A model generated the notes under the pieces. It saw nothing but the letters and a program-made list of their open reading frames with translations, was not told the origin of the DNA and searched no databases. DNA of 64,000 bases from Trichosphaerium sp. ATCC 40318 (taxonomy: Eukaryota; Protista; Tubulinea). Shown piece by piece: positions 22,754 through 36,566 of the stretch (position 1 is the stretch's first letter; each line of letters opens with the position of its first letter). A program made the position numbers and the translations under genes. The stretch spans positions 186,001-250,000 of the forward strand of contig JALMLS010000377.1 of NCBI GenBank assembly GCA_038496445.1, read 5' to 3'.

Positions 22754-24324
22754 TTAGTATTGATTTAGTAACTTTTGTTTTAGGTTTCTTGGGGCAAGAA
22801 ATACTCTATTATCCCAGTCATCATATATCACTACAGCTCCTTTATAGCTAGAGCGAGTGATACCATTCTAGCACAAGATAGAGTAAGAACACTACAAGTC
22901 ACATTAATTATTTTTTGCGTACTTGTATTTCTGAATTCAATCCAAGTTTGTTCAGTTGTGGAATCATATCCGATGTCAAGCTATCGTAGTACCATATCAG
23001 GTTCTTCTCACTGTATAAATCAGCATCGTCCATTTTTTTAATAACTGTGGCGTTCCTCAAGAACGTTGTAAACCTGTGATCGTATTTTTCCTAAACGCAA
23101 CAAAGTCAGACAGTTTTCACCAGTACTTTCTTACCTTTGTCAAAAAATCCAACCTCTTTAAAGTCCAAGTGACGTTTCTTTTTGCTAAAGAGATCAACTC
23201 TGTATCTTCTCTTTCATCATTCTGACTTTCTGTTCTTATAACCGCACGTGATATACCAGGACAAATACAATCTCGATTCTTCAGTATTTAGTTTAAAACT
23301 GACACATAGAGTTACCTTTTGTTTCTCTACTCTTCGCATCCATTCCTCCCAATGAGCTTCTGGCCATTTTGTTTTCCATTCATTCCATATTGTTGATGTT
23401 GTCATCCAACCCAGACCTTCAAAGAAACTCGTACGCATAATTCCATCTAAAATCAAAAGTTTATTTACAACTTTTTTGTTTGAAAATAGTTCGTACCAAC
23501 ATGTTGATATTCTTCCAAGCCATGGCCGTTATGGGCTGATACACAAAATAGAGAGCTATCCGATTTCAAAAAAGGCATAGTGGCCTCAAAATAAGAGAAA
23601 GAATCGAAAGACACTTCAACATCCTCTAAAATTGAATTAAAAAAAAAAGGCCTTTCTTCGATTAGTGCCACAAAGTACCCACCATCGATAAGTACAACTG
23701 TATCATATCGCATAACATCAAAAACTTGCTTAAAAATGTACGCATAATGTTGTGTTGTGTAGTAAGATTCTGTCGCTTTCCTCATCGTAGTATTACCATT
23801 CTAACACTCCAGTCAGCTTTCGTATACACTTTTATCACGTGCGTGTAAATGTACAAACTCAAAATCCTTCTGAAGCACCCAAATACGCTCAGCTACGCCC
23901 AAATCATTGCCGTCTTGCGCCACAAACACGATAAAACGTTTGGTAATTGCCTAGGTTGTTTTAGGCAAGTAGTGTGAAGAGGGCGCAGTAAACCTACCCT
24001 GAACACGCTCTCTAGGCACTTCCGAAGATTGTGTGCACCACTCTTTGTTACGATAACAACTGGAGTTACTCCTATAAATATCGAGTCACGTGATTATTCT
24101 CGAGCTATGACACGGAGAGCGAAACCAAAAAAACCTGAAATTATTGCTTTTTTTTTCCGTTCCGCACTGTTACTTAGAATCTCTCTCATCGCTTGAATAT
24201 CAGCGTCGGAGTGGTGTTCTATGATCGATAATCTTGTTGTATACATTGTCTGTACAAACAAAAACACAATACCGAAGCAGAGGGCAAGAAAGAGAACTCT
24301 ACTTCTATAAATGCGTCGAATCAT
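22754..24324 (-). CDS. GT13 family GnT-I/MGAT1-like N-acetylglucosaminyltransferase, multi-exon
   Basis: Type II signal anchor; FVAQDGND; YFEATMPFLKSDSSLFCVSAHN; RTSFFEGLGWM; KWPEAHWEEWMR; last exon GITRSSYKGAVVIYDDWDNRVFLAP. Confidence 0.8.
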
Positions 24325-24605
24325 CTCAGTTTAATTGTGTACAGTAAATGGCTAATCAAATGCACAAACACATAGTCAAAGAAAGTAACCGTAGAATTCT
24401 GGCACTGTGAAGTATCCTCAAGAAAGCAACTAACAAAGTCACAACGAAAGCTTACAGAGCATAGTTAGGTAAGACCTAACACAAAAAGGCAATAAGCGTT
24501 AGCTGCGCTATGTTCTCGAATCTAAGTTTTGTAAGAATGTTTGGTCACGTGATTGCAGATAAACTGAACTATTTTTTACAGGCATTTCTAGTTTACTTTC
24601 TCTCT

Positions 24606-25220
24606 TCATGCAATTGTACAGCGTTGAGTTTCTCCTACCAAAGCCCATTGTTTATCCTCAATATCATCTTTAAGTCTACCGTTAATCCATGTTTCTGACT
24701 TTAAGAATATGCCTTTACTCCACTCTCTAAGCAAACCATGTTTCTTTCCATTATTGTATGTACATTCAAGTTTTACAATCCCTTCTCTATCAAATAGTGT
24801 ACACATACCATGCTTCAAACCGTCTTTGTAATAAGAAACAATCTCCAACTTTCCTGTCAAACCAAATCCAACAGCTAGGCCTTCTTTTCGACCATTGACA
24901 TACTTACACCTCTCAAACAACGTAGAACGCGTTGTATACCTACGACACGTGCCGTGAGCTAATCCATGGACGAAAGTGCATTGTTCTCTTAAAATACCTT
25001 GAAATAGTATTTAGATGACAATTGGTATGTTGATAAGGGCGGTTGTTACCGTACCGTTTAGATATTTACGCCACACGCCGTGTTTCCTGAATTTATTATC
25101 GTATAAACAAGAAAGAGCTGTTCCTTTGCATAGTAACGGTAATTTTAACGTCATTTCTCTATCTAGCGCTCTTATAATCTCTATAAGTTCTAACGGTAAT
25201 CCCAGCAAGCCGATATTCAT
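24606..25220 (-). CDS. Short divergent F-box-like + MORN-variant repeat protein, copy G
   Basis: LLGLPLELIEIIRALDREMTLKLPLLCKG...YDNKFRKHGVWRKY, an intron, then ~5 repeats (YVNGRKEG, YKDGLKHG, YNNGKKHG). Confidence 0.8.
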
Positions 25221-25450
25221 TGTAACAATAGTAGTAAACCATTTTGATTAAATGCCTGCCTTATCTTACCTTAACTTATCCTCAACTTTTTATCTTTTCC
25301 ACTGTCACTACAATGGCTGGTCCGTACAATGCTTATGTTTCTCAACATAAAGACATACATAACCCCAAAAAATGTAACGTGAATTTTTGTTGTAAATTGT
25401 GTAGCCTTGTTGACAGACAAGAGAACAAGAGAAGTCTGAATAATCTTTTT

Positions 25451-27609
25451 TTATTCTGCTTCTTCAACTTGCGTATCAGTTGTTTCAACAGTAAGTAACT
25501 CTTTAACCTCAGGTGTTTCTAGTGTCCAATAGGTATAATCACTCTCAAGTTCTTTGACATTTACCTCCTCAAGGAATTTCTCAGGCAAGTAATTAATTAC
25601 AAGCTGTGCGCCATTAGGTTTTACTTCAGTGCATGTTTGCAGTGTTTTACTAACTACAAAGCCACATTAGAACTATGCAATGAACAACAGGTTTTATAAA
25701 TTATTACATACCTGTCATGCCTTTAGCCCAGTATTGTACATTTGTATCTTGTTGTAGCCTTGAGACAGTTAGAACGAAACAAATTTATTTCAAATAAAAA
25801 TAAAGTAATATAACAAGTAATTGGTTTCACGTCATTAGATCTACAGATCTGCGAACATGGAAAGACAAATCAAAAGGCATCAGGAATGTATATTCTACTA
25901 ACCAAGACATGCAAAAAAAAGAGTAGGAAAGAAGAGTTGGAAAAGAACAGGTTTGTTTTTCTTAAGACATGATATCTTGTTCTTATCGTACCATGCAAGC
26001 ATCATCTGTGCTAAATGTGGTGTTGTGTATCCATATAAACATGTTTGTTCTTTATCACTTTCAGAGTTTTCAAAGGCTTTAGGAACCATCTCATTAACTT
26101 TAGCTGGGTCACTACCAGTTGATAAAATCCACAAAGGCATCTTGTCCATATTATCCTTAAATTCCTAGTACAAGATTATTAACACGTGCATCTTTCAGAC
26201 TATTAAGTTTACCTTCATGGTCGCTTTTCCTGTGGAATAATTGCGTAAAATACGCTCTGTTAAGTACATGATTTTTATCATAGAGTGAAGCGGTCGCTCA
26301 TTCTATGCAATGGGTTAAAAAAAATTAAGATACTTTTTTTTTGGAATGAGTATAAAAGTAGAATGCTCGCGAACCTTTGGTTCCCAGTGGAAACCTTTTG
26401 TTGTGTCATCTATAATTAAACATGGTGCAGCACGATTCAGCATACCACTGAACTTTTCAAGAATATCAATAATCTTAAAGAAACAACGAAGTAAGCTCAC
26501 TAAAAACACAACAAGACGTAAATCAAACAACTTTACCTGAATGCCTTGTAAATATCCTGTATCCTGAATAGTAGCAGAAGGGTCTTTTGAAGAACGTTTA
26601 ACAGCTTCAAGAAAATACTGTAAAGAAATATTAATAGATATTTGTAAACACACAAGTCACGTGATTTTCTCTAAAAAAAGACCACGAACCAAAAAAAAAA
26701 TATCCAAAAAATATCAACAATTAGTTACTGTGCGCACCCGAGCATGAATGGCTTCATGATAAATTTGTAGACCAAGTGACATTCCTTTTTTATCAGGAGA
26801 CATAAAAAATACAGAATATGGATGGTCAACAAGCTTGTGAAGCTTTTCGGGTACTTGAGGTCGTACTGTATTTTTGACACTAAGGTATTTATCTGTATTA
26901 AATACCTTCCACCTACACAGTACCACGTTAGGATCATTGAAGATGAACTGACTGTTTGTTGTTGGAGAAAGTTGCGGGTTTTTTTTCCTTCTGTGCCATC
27001 CAAGAAACGTTAAAGATGGCGTATCGCGTACTTGTCGAATCTGACTACTGCTCTGTGGAAGAAGTGGTCTGTGAATTGAAACCTCCATGAATCAAGACCA
27101 GTTGGCTATGTTATGTTAGAAAAGCATCTCTTTGACTTACTGTAGGGCGGTGCGTACAGGTTTAGGCTTTTCTTCGGCTTTTTGTTGTCTATTGGTTAAT
27201 TAGTTTTATTCTACTGGCAATACGCTTACTCAAGGCGCTCAGCTTTAAGAACACGCAGGGCGTTTATAGAATTGGTTAAATTTGATTTTGTCGCGTCTTT
27301 ACTGTTTTCTTGCGTCCACGTTTCGCCTACAGCGTAATTAGGCGTTATAGTAATCATTTGAGTAACAAAAAGCAGAACGTTAAAGTAGCGGCTTATAGAT
27401 TCCAACTACGTAAGCACATCATTTCTTTATTGCATACTACGCTATTGCTACGACATAACTACATTCTTACCTCCAATAGCTTTTGTAGCGATTATATTTC
27501 TCTTGGCAGCTTTCAGAGAGCCATGTGAAAGCCTATGGGCGCTTACCCTCGTCGCTGGAGCGCTCACTAGCCTACGTAACATTGTGCTCTGAAAACAGCA
27601 CCTTAACAT
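25451..27609 (-). CDS. Probable mitochondrial protein of unknown function, many exons
   Basis: N-terminus MLRCCFQSTMLRRLVSAPATRVSAHRLS is Arg/Ser-rich and acid-free. ORF segments 26714-27088, 26315-26653 and 25898-26149 are linked by GT-AG introns. Confidence 0.6.
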
Positions 27610-27812
27610 GTTAAGTGAGGTTTTCACGTCTTCAGCTTGTGTAACGTCCGTTTAGTAGTTGACTTTGCTTTTACAGTTGGTTGTTTTACACGTTGAATAT
27701 GTAGCTTGATTTTTTACGTTGAAACACGTGTTTTTTGACTGTAGGTGACCTTTTTTATTTTTATGTGAGTACACTGTTTAAGATCGCGGCAAATCAAGAG
27801 GTCGGCATCACG

Positions 27813-30224
27813 ATGCAATCCGATACAACTGAGAACAATATAACATGGCTACCAGTCGAATTACAATGGAGCATTTTTGATTTATTCGATAGCGATGGTA
27901 CGGTAACCTTATACTTGTACAAAACACGTAAGCGGGTTTAATTAAGTACAAATAAACCCGATAACGAGATTTTAAGGCTTTACTGTATCTGTTAATCAAC
28001 AAATACGTTCGATAACGCTTCATAAGCCTTACATGTTTATTACCTGACCTGTATCTAACGATTTGATCTGTTTTAGAAAGAAAAACGTTACGTCTTGTTT
28101 CTCGACGATGGGACGTTATATATCGTTCTCGTATATCCACTTTGGCAATATACGCGTGGCATAAGAAGCAAATACACGCGGAGGTGTTAAGTAGCTGTGA
28201 TTTTCCGAGACTTAACGGTTTAACTTTTGACTGTCGTTCAGAGTACGTACTTGTATATTTATGTAAGAAGTCGAAGAGTTGTTATGCTTATATTTTTATT
28301 TGTTGTTAAAGGAAGTATTCACAAAATATTGCTCAAGCGTTTACATCAATGGTTATAAGACATCAACATTTCATTGAACATTTATCCTTTTTCCAACATT
28401 GGAGCTCTGGTGATTGTCCAAAAGATGAGTTGTTTTCTGCTTTTAGTACGTACCAATATCTTGACATACTTTACTACATACGTTTACTTAATGTGAAACA
28501 AGATGAGGGACGTTGGATACCAGATAACCTTGTATCACTTCGTATTTGTGCGAGTGCCAGAAAGTACTTTTTTTTTCATTGAAACATTAACAACATTCCA
28601 TGCCTTACTATTATTTTACATAGTAATAATTTAAGCGCCATAAACAACATGACACGTCTCAAAATGCTACAACTAGTAATACGAGGAAATAATACTAACG
28701 GTACTACCTACAAACCATTCCGAAGAATTAATGATTGACTCCTTTTTTTTTCAATACAGAGCAACTTCAAGAGTTCCTCGATAAGTGTTCAATACTGCAT
28801 AACTTGAAGAGTATTGCAATATCTGGAAAAGATACCATTAAATATCCAGTATTATCAACAATACTGAGAAAGGTCAGCAACCCTTGGTCATCATCAAGCA
28901 AACTCATTTTTTTCTTAGTGCCCAAATCTTAGAGAAATAATAGCACCTTCTTATGACATCAGAACAGCATCGCTTCTTCCTCGATTTTCTAAATTTGATA
29001 CAGTGGAATTATCTCAATCATGTTATACCAAACTAGCAAAGAGAGGAGATTACCTTCGTGAAGATAATACAAACGTAGTTGCTATTCCTGTTCATAGAGC
29101 TTTCATAAATCAACTGAGATTAATGAAACAATCAAGACTTAGACTTTACTACAGTTGGATCCATTGCACTGAACTATCTGCTACGAATGAACAACCTCCT
29201 GATTTACACTATAGCGAGATGGTAAGCATATTTTAAAAACATGTATCCGAAGAAAATGTTGCTGACTACAAGTGTTTGTCTAGGATATGCCAAATCTCGT
29301 TTCTTTGGAGCTTTTTGAATCACATACAAACTGCTTTCTTTTAAATCTTACAAGACTCACTAAGTTGTCTCTCATTCGAACTGGATATAGAAAACTAAAT
29401 TTATCTTCAATGACAAACCTTAAGTACTTGAGTACGCATACAATTTAAGTTTCTAGAAAGACTCAAATTATGTAAAAGTTTCACGTCAATGTGGATTTAT
29501 CTGTACTTTGCTTACATGGTTTAGGAATTATAGGTCCTGAAATAAGACATCTAACGGTTGAGTACTATCCACCTAATTTAAAGACTTTACGAGTGTTGTA
29601 TGTCACAATAGCTTTCAAGAAAGTGAAAAAGAATCAATTTAAATCTGATAAAAAAGTCTTTTCTGTTTTGATGTTTTGTTGAATTTTGATCGTGCCTGTC
29701 TTCTCACGCTTTTTTTTATTTAGTGTTCCTGGTGAATTCAGAAGTATTTTAAAGTACTTCCATTTACCTCACCTCACATTCTTGTACGTTAAATTTGTAC
29801 CACACAAAAACGACTACTATCGACTTCAATACCCATTGGGTGATGATTCAATTACACGTATAATTGATGGATGTCCACGTCTGAAATACATGTTTATTGA
29901 TGGAAAGATAAACACATCGTTTACTTCAATGGAGTAGTACGTATTCAACAAAAAGTTGGGTTTTTTAATGACACAAAGAACACGTGCTACCAAAAGGTTT
30001 TTGGATTTTTTTGCTTTTTTGTGGAGGCTTACATTTTTTGTAGTGCTATTGAAAATCTAAAAGATTTGGTTCAAGTATCTATCAAAGGCCTTTGCCGCCC
30101 TCCACTCACAAGTAGATTATCACAAAAGAAAATATCCAGAGTGCAATATATAACGAAATCAGGAAACGACCTTGAGACATATGTTTTCCTATTGTACAAA
30201 AAAATAAACCAACAAAGACTTTAA
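27813..30224 (+). CDS. F-box / leucine-rich-repeat protein, multi-exon
   Basis: ITWLPVELQWSIFDLFD...KTLRLVSRRW F-box, then LRR-like units (LHNLKSIAI, MPNLVSLEL, PPNLKTLRV, CPRLKYMFI). Confidence 0.75.
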
Positions 30225-30399
30225 AAGTCACTGCAGTAACGAACATATATAGCATAGTTTGACCGTCTTGAGAGTGTCATATTGATGAAGCACCCAAGTA
30301 TAACAACGCAGTTGTTTTCATCAATAGATATTTAATTATCTTTTAGATACATGATAGAGAAGGATTATCTTAAGTCAAATCCTTTTTTTTTTTTTTTTT

Positions 30400-33120
30400 T
30401 TACAATTGTGGGCCAGCGTTAACAATAGCATCAGAGGCCTTATCAGCATACTGCTCGAAGTTTGCGTTGAAAAGATTGGCAAGCTTGTTCAACTGTGAAT
30501 CGTATTCAGCTTTATCGTCCCAGGTAGCCCTAAAACAGAACATTAGATGTTGCAAAAGAGTCTTAAGGCGTTGACGTACTTTGGGTCCAACATCTCATCA
30601 GGTATACCAGGAACCTTTTTAGGGTACTTCAAGTTGAATGTAGGCATAGTAGCGGTCTCAGCTGATGCAAGAGATCCATCATGAATAGCGTCAATGATAG
30701 CACGAGTGTACTTCAATGGACAGCGTTTTCCAACACCATATTTACCACCTTTGAAGAAAAAAGTTAGCACATTGTCACCAGAATTTGTGTTGTTTATGTA
30801 CCTGTCCATCCAGTGTTAATGAGCCACACATCAGCGTTGTGATTTTTGAGTCTCTTGGCTAGTAATTCAGCGTATTGTGTTGGATGCCATACCATGAAAG
30901 GAGCACCAAAACATGGCGAGAAAGTAGCTTGAGGTTCTTTAACACCAACCTATGAATGCACGTGTCAGAATAAAAAACATGAAAAAATGAATAAACGTGG
31001 ATGGCTAGAGCGCATACCTCAGTTCCAGCAACCTTTGCAGTATAACCTGCAATGAAATGGTACATAGCTTGTTCAGGTGACAACTTAGATACAGGAGGAA
31101 GAACACCAAATGCATCACAAGTGAGCATAATGACATTAGAAGGATGACCACACATAGCAGGCATCTATAAAAAAAAAAAATGAATAAAAGAAAAAGCCTG
31201 ACATAAAGTAACTCTTGTACCTTTGCATTTTCAATGTGCTCAAGAGGATATGAAACACGAGTATTTTGCGTAATGCTTTCGCTGTCATAATTTACATTTC
31301 TGCTGTGTTCATCATAAACTACATTCTCAAGAACAGCACCGAACTTGATGGCATCGTATATTTCTGGTTCGAGCTCTCTCTTCAATCCGATAGCCTTTGC
31401 GTAACAACCACCTTTCAAAATTATTTTAACAAAAACAAGACATAGCGGGTAAACCTCAAAACGATTTTGTTCAGAAAACAGTACCTTCGACGTTAAAGAT
31501 GCCATTGTCTGTCCAACAGTGCTCGTCATCACCAATAAGGAAGCGGTTGTTATCAGCTGAGAGTGTAGTCTTTCCAGTACCAGATAGGCCAAAGAAAATT
31601 GTGACCTGAACATTGTAAGCGAGGAAATTTGTAGGAACAAAAAAAAAAAAAAGCGTACATTATTTGGGTCCGTTTTACTTTCGTTACAAGAACCATGCAT
31701 TGAGAGAATGCCCTTAGTAGGCATCAACCAATTCATTACAGTGAATACACCCTTCTTCATCTCTCCAGCATACCTAAAACGAAAGTTAAGAAAATGTTGA
31801 AAAGTTTTTCAGTTTTTGGACTTTTCGTAAGCTTTTTGTTAAAGGTCTTGTAGTCTCACGTACTGTGTGCCGAGAATTACAAACTCCTTCGTCTGAAAAT
31901 TAATATCCACACTCGCCGCGCTAGTCATACCCTTTGTGTACTTATTCGCAGGGAAGTTACCTTTTATCACGTGAATAACAACAAAAAAACGAAACAGTTT
32001 TTAGAAAACGATAAACAAACACTTACCAGCATTGAAAATAGTCCAGTCTGGGTCCCCAAAGTCTTCCAACTGTTTTTCAGTAGGTCTGATGAGCATATTG
32101 TGCATAAACAAAGCGTGGTAGGCTCTACATTAATGTCAGAATACCCAACGTTGTATTAAAAAACCCGCTAATTCACTGCAGAATTTCTGAAAAAGATTTT
32201 AATTTCGTGCCTTGTTGTAATGACTCTGACCTTTAAACGATGTTCTGGATCCCATCCTAGATATAAGTGAGTAATTTAAATAACTTGGAGACTCATAAAA
32301 ATGACTTTAAAGATATCTTGAGCGGAGATGAAAAAAAAAGAAAAAAAAAGTCAAAAACAGAAATGTTTGCTCACCTGCGTAACCGTCGAATACAAACAAA
32401 CGTGGCACAATGTTTAAGTAATCAATAGCACGCTCCTTATTGATTTTAAACGTGTGTTCGTCTAATTTAATATTCACTTTGCCCCACCAGATGTCTTTTA
32501 CGTTCTCCGTGTCTACAACTCTATTTTGAAGTTAGAATTTCCCCAAAAAAAAGAATTACCCCAAAATATTACCTCTTGTCGCTTGGTGTGCGTCCAGTGT
32601 GCTTTCCAGAGGAAGCAATAAGTGCTCCTAATCGTTTTATAAGCTTTACGCATCAAAAGAGCAACTTTTCGTAAAACATGGCCGACTTTTAGAAACGAAA
32701 AAAAAAACAAAAAAAGGAAAGCGCTACAAATAGCCATTTGCCGTAGCGGAATTCAAAAGGTGGCTAGATAAAAAGTTGGTAGAATCGGCATACCGCTTGA
32801 CGCAATAAAAGAGCCTTTTTCGTAGGCGATAGCGTGCTCGTAAAGGGTAGGAACAGAAGCATTCCTTAGAACGTGCTTTTCTGAACAGTCTATCTTGTAT
32901 TGCTCTAATTCGACCTAGAAATTGAGTTAGAAAGAAATCTCAACCAAAAGTCGTTTGAGGTTAAAAAGTCAGTTAAACTACAAATAACGAGTCAAACCAG
33001 AAGAAAACGTACGTGGGTGCGCGTTGTTCCAGGCGTATAGTGTCTTGTAGTTCGGTTTGACGTGGCGCGTGTATACTGAGCCGTAGATAGGCGAGTAGCT
33101 GTTCTAAGACCGCGTAGCAT
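30400..33120 (-). CDS. pckA: Phosphoenolpyruvate carboxykinase (ATP)
   Basis: [27 protein letters not shown] (P-loop), [40 protein letters not shown]. Confidence 0.97.
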
Positions 33121-33270
33121 TGTGTAACTGCTGTCTTGATTAGTGAATTACTGTTTTATGTTGACTAGTTAAGATTCTTAGATGGCGCTACTTTGCGAAA
33201 ACTCGCGTTTTTTGCGGAGTCTTTTGATAAAAATAATAGATTACAAGACCCGTTAACATTGCCCCTACCT

Positions 33271-33403
33271 AGCTGGCTGAGTGCTTATTCTGAGGGAAAG
33301 CGTGTCGCACCTTTTCTGGCTGGCAAGCTGGGAATGGTTACGTAACCATCCTCTTCTTAGTCTCAATATGGGATTATAGAATGCACCAGTCACCAGCTCT
33401 TTT
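33271..33403 (+). ncRNA. Candidate structured non-coding RNA (unassigned)
   Basis: Ends pair (AGCTGG-CTG-GTGC-ATTCT with AGAAT-GCAC-CAG-CCAGCT) and enclose four hairpins. G-U pairs favour the + strand. A-box-like TGGCTGAGTG at the 5' end and TTTT immediately 3'. Confidence 0.5.
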
Positions 33404-34096
33404 GAGACGTTTTAATAGCGAGAAGGTTGAGAATGTCTGTTAAAGGTGAACAAGATATTGGGTAACCAAACGCCATAAATCGTAGTGAAAATAGTGTGAA
33501 CGTTAGTTTCCAAGCGTTAACAAAAGTGTGGCGTAGTTCTCAATTCAGTTTTTGGTACATTTACGTATACCACAGATTTCAATGCCTGACGCTACCAACC
33601 GACATTCTGCAGTACATACATGCGAAATAAACAGATATTACAGTACAGAATTCTTATTCGTTTTTCAGTAAACAAGGATTGCTCTACGTTCTCTCAATCA
33701 CAACTACCAAGTCACAAAATAGTGTGGATAAGTACTTAAAGACAAAGCGCAAAAAAACCATTTACAGACCTGAACAAAATTTCAAGCGTTCAACCACTGT
33801 GAAGATTCTTTCGAACAATCCTTTAGTTAAACACGGAGTCAAAACTGCTATTATACGGTCAACTGCGCGAGTGCAACCGTCTGCTGGAAAGAGGCAAATT
33901 TGTTTGCCAATTCACAATTTTTCATGACATTGTATCATCTTGAAGTATCCAATTTCCGTTTAACCACGATGTAGACATTGTTAGTCGACACGATTCATAG
34001 CGACCACGCACATGCTGTAAATTGACTACCAGTTGAAAAAATTTAGCGCAAATTAGGAGTCAATAACTTTTAACATTTGCACAAAAGCGAAGCAAA

Positions 34097-35340
34097 ATGA
34101 CCGATTATGACACTACTCACCATATATTCTGTAGAATAGACTCTGAACTATCATTATGTAGAGCTGGTACACCAAAGATTAAACCTATTTTTGTAACTAA
34201 TGTAAAATAGCTTGTGTATGTAAGGCATGGAGTGTTGTGGCGTCAGATGACATTATTTGGGAACAGCTATTACAAAACACAAGTTCAGTGTTTAGTAAAG
34301 GGTTTGGCATTAGCGCTCGCGTCCGTACTTCCGCTACAAACACCATTACCTCATTGTTGTTGTAGACTTTTTGCAAATTGGAGCATTCGCGCGTATACGT
34401 CGTAAACAACTTTGATTCGCCTCTTCATAGCGAAATTGTCACCCGCCAAGTTAAAGAAGCTCGTCATCGATCACCTTCACTTTTTGTGGGTACCAAGTCC
34501 TTGCAGGTGTCATCAGAAGTGTTAGGTACTTCATTATTTGTCTGTTATTGATTTTAACGCTTCTAGCAGCCAACAAACGAGTTTTAAACTGCTACATCAC
34601 TATACGGTCCAGCATGGTTGCTGACGCGTGCACAGCTCTTGGAGCACTATTGACAGATACTAGAGCAACGCCCAAGGGTACCAATTTCCTGTTGTCCAAA
34701 AACTAAAGCACAAGCAGAAGACGAGTCGAAACTACCGCCAGAGTATAAGAAACGCGTTCTCGAATTAAAGGCTGCTGGCTATGATTTCAACTTGCCAATA
34801 TTCCTTTGTGATCCTTCATCTACGCCTTTAGCCTGGTGTTTGAAGAAAGAGAGCTACATGTGGTTCAGATTCCTTATTGAAAAGTGTGACATTCATCCTT
34901 TACAAGCTCGATTGGATTTAAACTGCAGGTCACGTGCACGTTCTAATGACGGCGTGAAAATAAGGCACCTCATTGTTAGGCGTCTTAGCGAACAAGGCTT
35001 TAAGAGCGAGCTAGAAAATATTTTTCTGGCAACGTGCAGTAGTGGGAATGTAGATCTTTTAAGTTACATCAAGGAACGTGTTGATATAGATGTTGATTTG
35101 CTTACAAAAGGGAGCTCGATTATCCTACAACAACCTATTACATTAGTGGATGGACGACCATTCTATTTCGAGAGTTATACCCACTTTAGCGAAACTGCTA
35201 TGGACGCTTTAAAATTCCTTTTCGATAATGGAGCAAGTTTTAATAAACTTGATAAATACGGATTATCTGCCAGATCATGGGTTAATATTATAACCTCTAA
35301 TTCTGTATCAGATAAAATTAAGGCAATAGTACGTTATTGA
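34097..35340 (+). CDS. F-box protein with ankyrin-like C-terminal region, multi-exon
   Basis: Spliced HHIFCRIDSELSLCRAACVCKAWSVVASDDIIWEQL (F-box). ORF 34792-35340 has TPLAWCL...FLIEK and ALKFLFDNGASFNKLDKYGLSA. Confidence 0.7.
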
Positions 35341-35429
35341 AGCGAATAGTTCAACTTTAGATGCTGATAAAAATTGTTTAGTGTGAGTTTGTTCTTGCAA
35401 ACAGTAAGGACATTCCGGATTCAAATGTA

Positions 35430-35879
35430 ATGTGTCAAAAGACTCATGAGATTCATGCTCCTGGAAAACACGAGGGTGTTGCTATTTATGCATTTGAAGA
35501 CGAAGACGACGAATCAAGGGTGTATAGAGCAAAGTACTATGAACTTCGTTTATGGCCAGATAATACTTTTGTATTTGAGGCAAATACTTATGTTGAGACA
35601 TCTCGACATAGTACTAGGACTATGTTGCCTTATTCAGGTACTTACAATTTGAAATGTGATATTGGGGATAAGCCTTGTCGTATTAAGTTCGAGTTTGATG
35701 ACAAAAAACGCGATTGGGTTCACGACAAGTTCTTTTCAAAAAAAAAGAAGAATGCGCACACTATTTCCACTAAGACTTTTGTTTTGTTGCCCAAAACACA
35801 TGAGTTTTCGCGTTTAGATGTGTCAAGGTTAAAATCTAAGAGGCCAAAATACTACACTCATCCATTGGGAAGCTTTTGA
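35430..35879 (+). CDS. Hypothetical protein, 149 aa
   Basis: Single ATG-initiated ORF followed by AATAAA; no motif recognised. Confidence 0.5.
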   Translation: MCQKTHEIHAPGKHEGVAIYAFEDEDDESRVYRAKYYELRLWPDNTFVFEANTYVETSRHSTRTMLPYSGTYNLKCDIGDKPCRIKFEFDDKKRDWVHDKFFSKKKKNAHTISTKTFVLLPKTHEFSRLDVSRLKSKRPKYYTHPLGSF

Positions 35880-36566
35880 GAATAAAAATAAAATTGTACC
35901 TTCGCCTCAAAACACCTGCCGTGTAATAAGAGACTGCAATTAGGTTACCCTGAGAACTTCTATGTATTAAGGTACAGGCATAATTAAGTACAGCATACAG
36001 GATAAAGGTTTAGCCATTATTTACGCATAAAAGCATCAAAAATACTGATTACGTCATTAAACTGTTTTTGCTATGTTCACACGTGGCACTTCAGTGAATA
36101 TCAAAGCTGTTTTCCAATGCTGAAACAGTATCAAAAGTGATACTTTATTGTTAGCATATGTACTAAACTTTAATTAATTTAACGCTTTTTTCGTCAAAAA
36201 ACACAAATCCCACAATTAAAAAAATCTACATACGAGAACGTGTTTATATTTGGAATGAAAATTGTTTCAATATGTAACAAACAGCCTTTGTAGTATAGTA
36301 GTATTACGTGCTGCATATTTGAGCAAACCCCAAGCTTAGTACGACACTCATGACAATGTCAAGACCGTGGTGCAATTCCACGCAAAGGCCTTTTTTCTTG
36401 TTTTAGCGAATCCCCAAAATACTGTCTTGCACGTGGGGATGTAACTCCGTTGACAAGAAAGGAATACTATTGTTTATCCAGTTCAACTAGAAGAAATGTT
36501 GACAGGCTCATTTAGGTTGAACACTTCTGACCAAAGTTCTAATTATCGTTTGACGAGGCCTTATCA

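Noticed and set aside
25451-27609. Assignment as mitoribosomal DAP3/mS29
   Set aside because: Only a presequence and an LIIDD segment hint at it; no Walker A motif seen.
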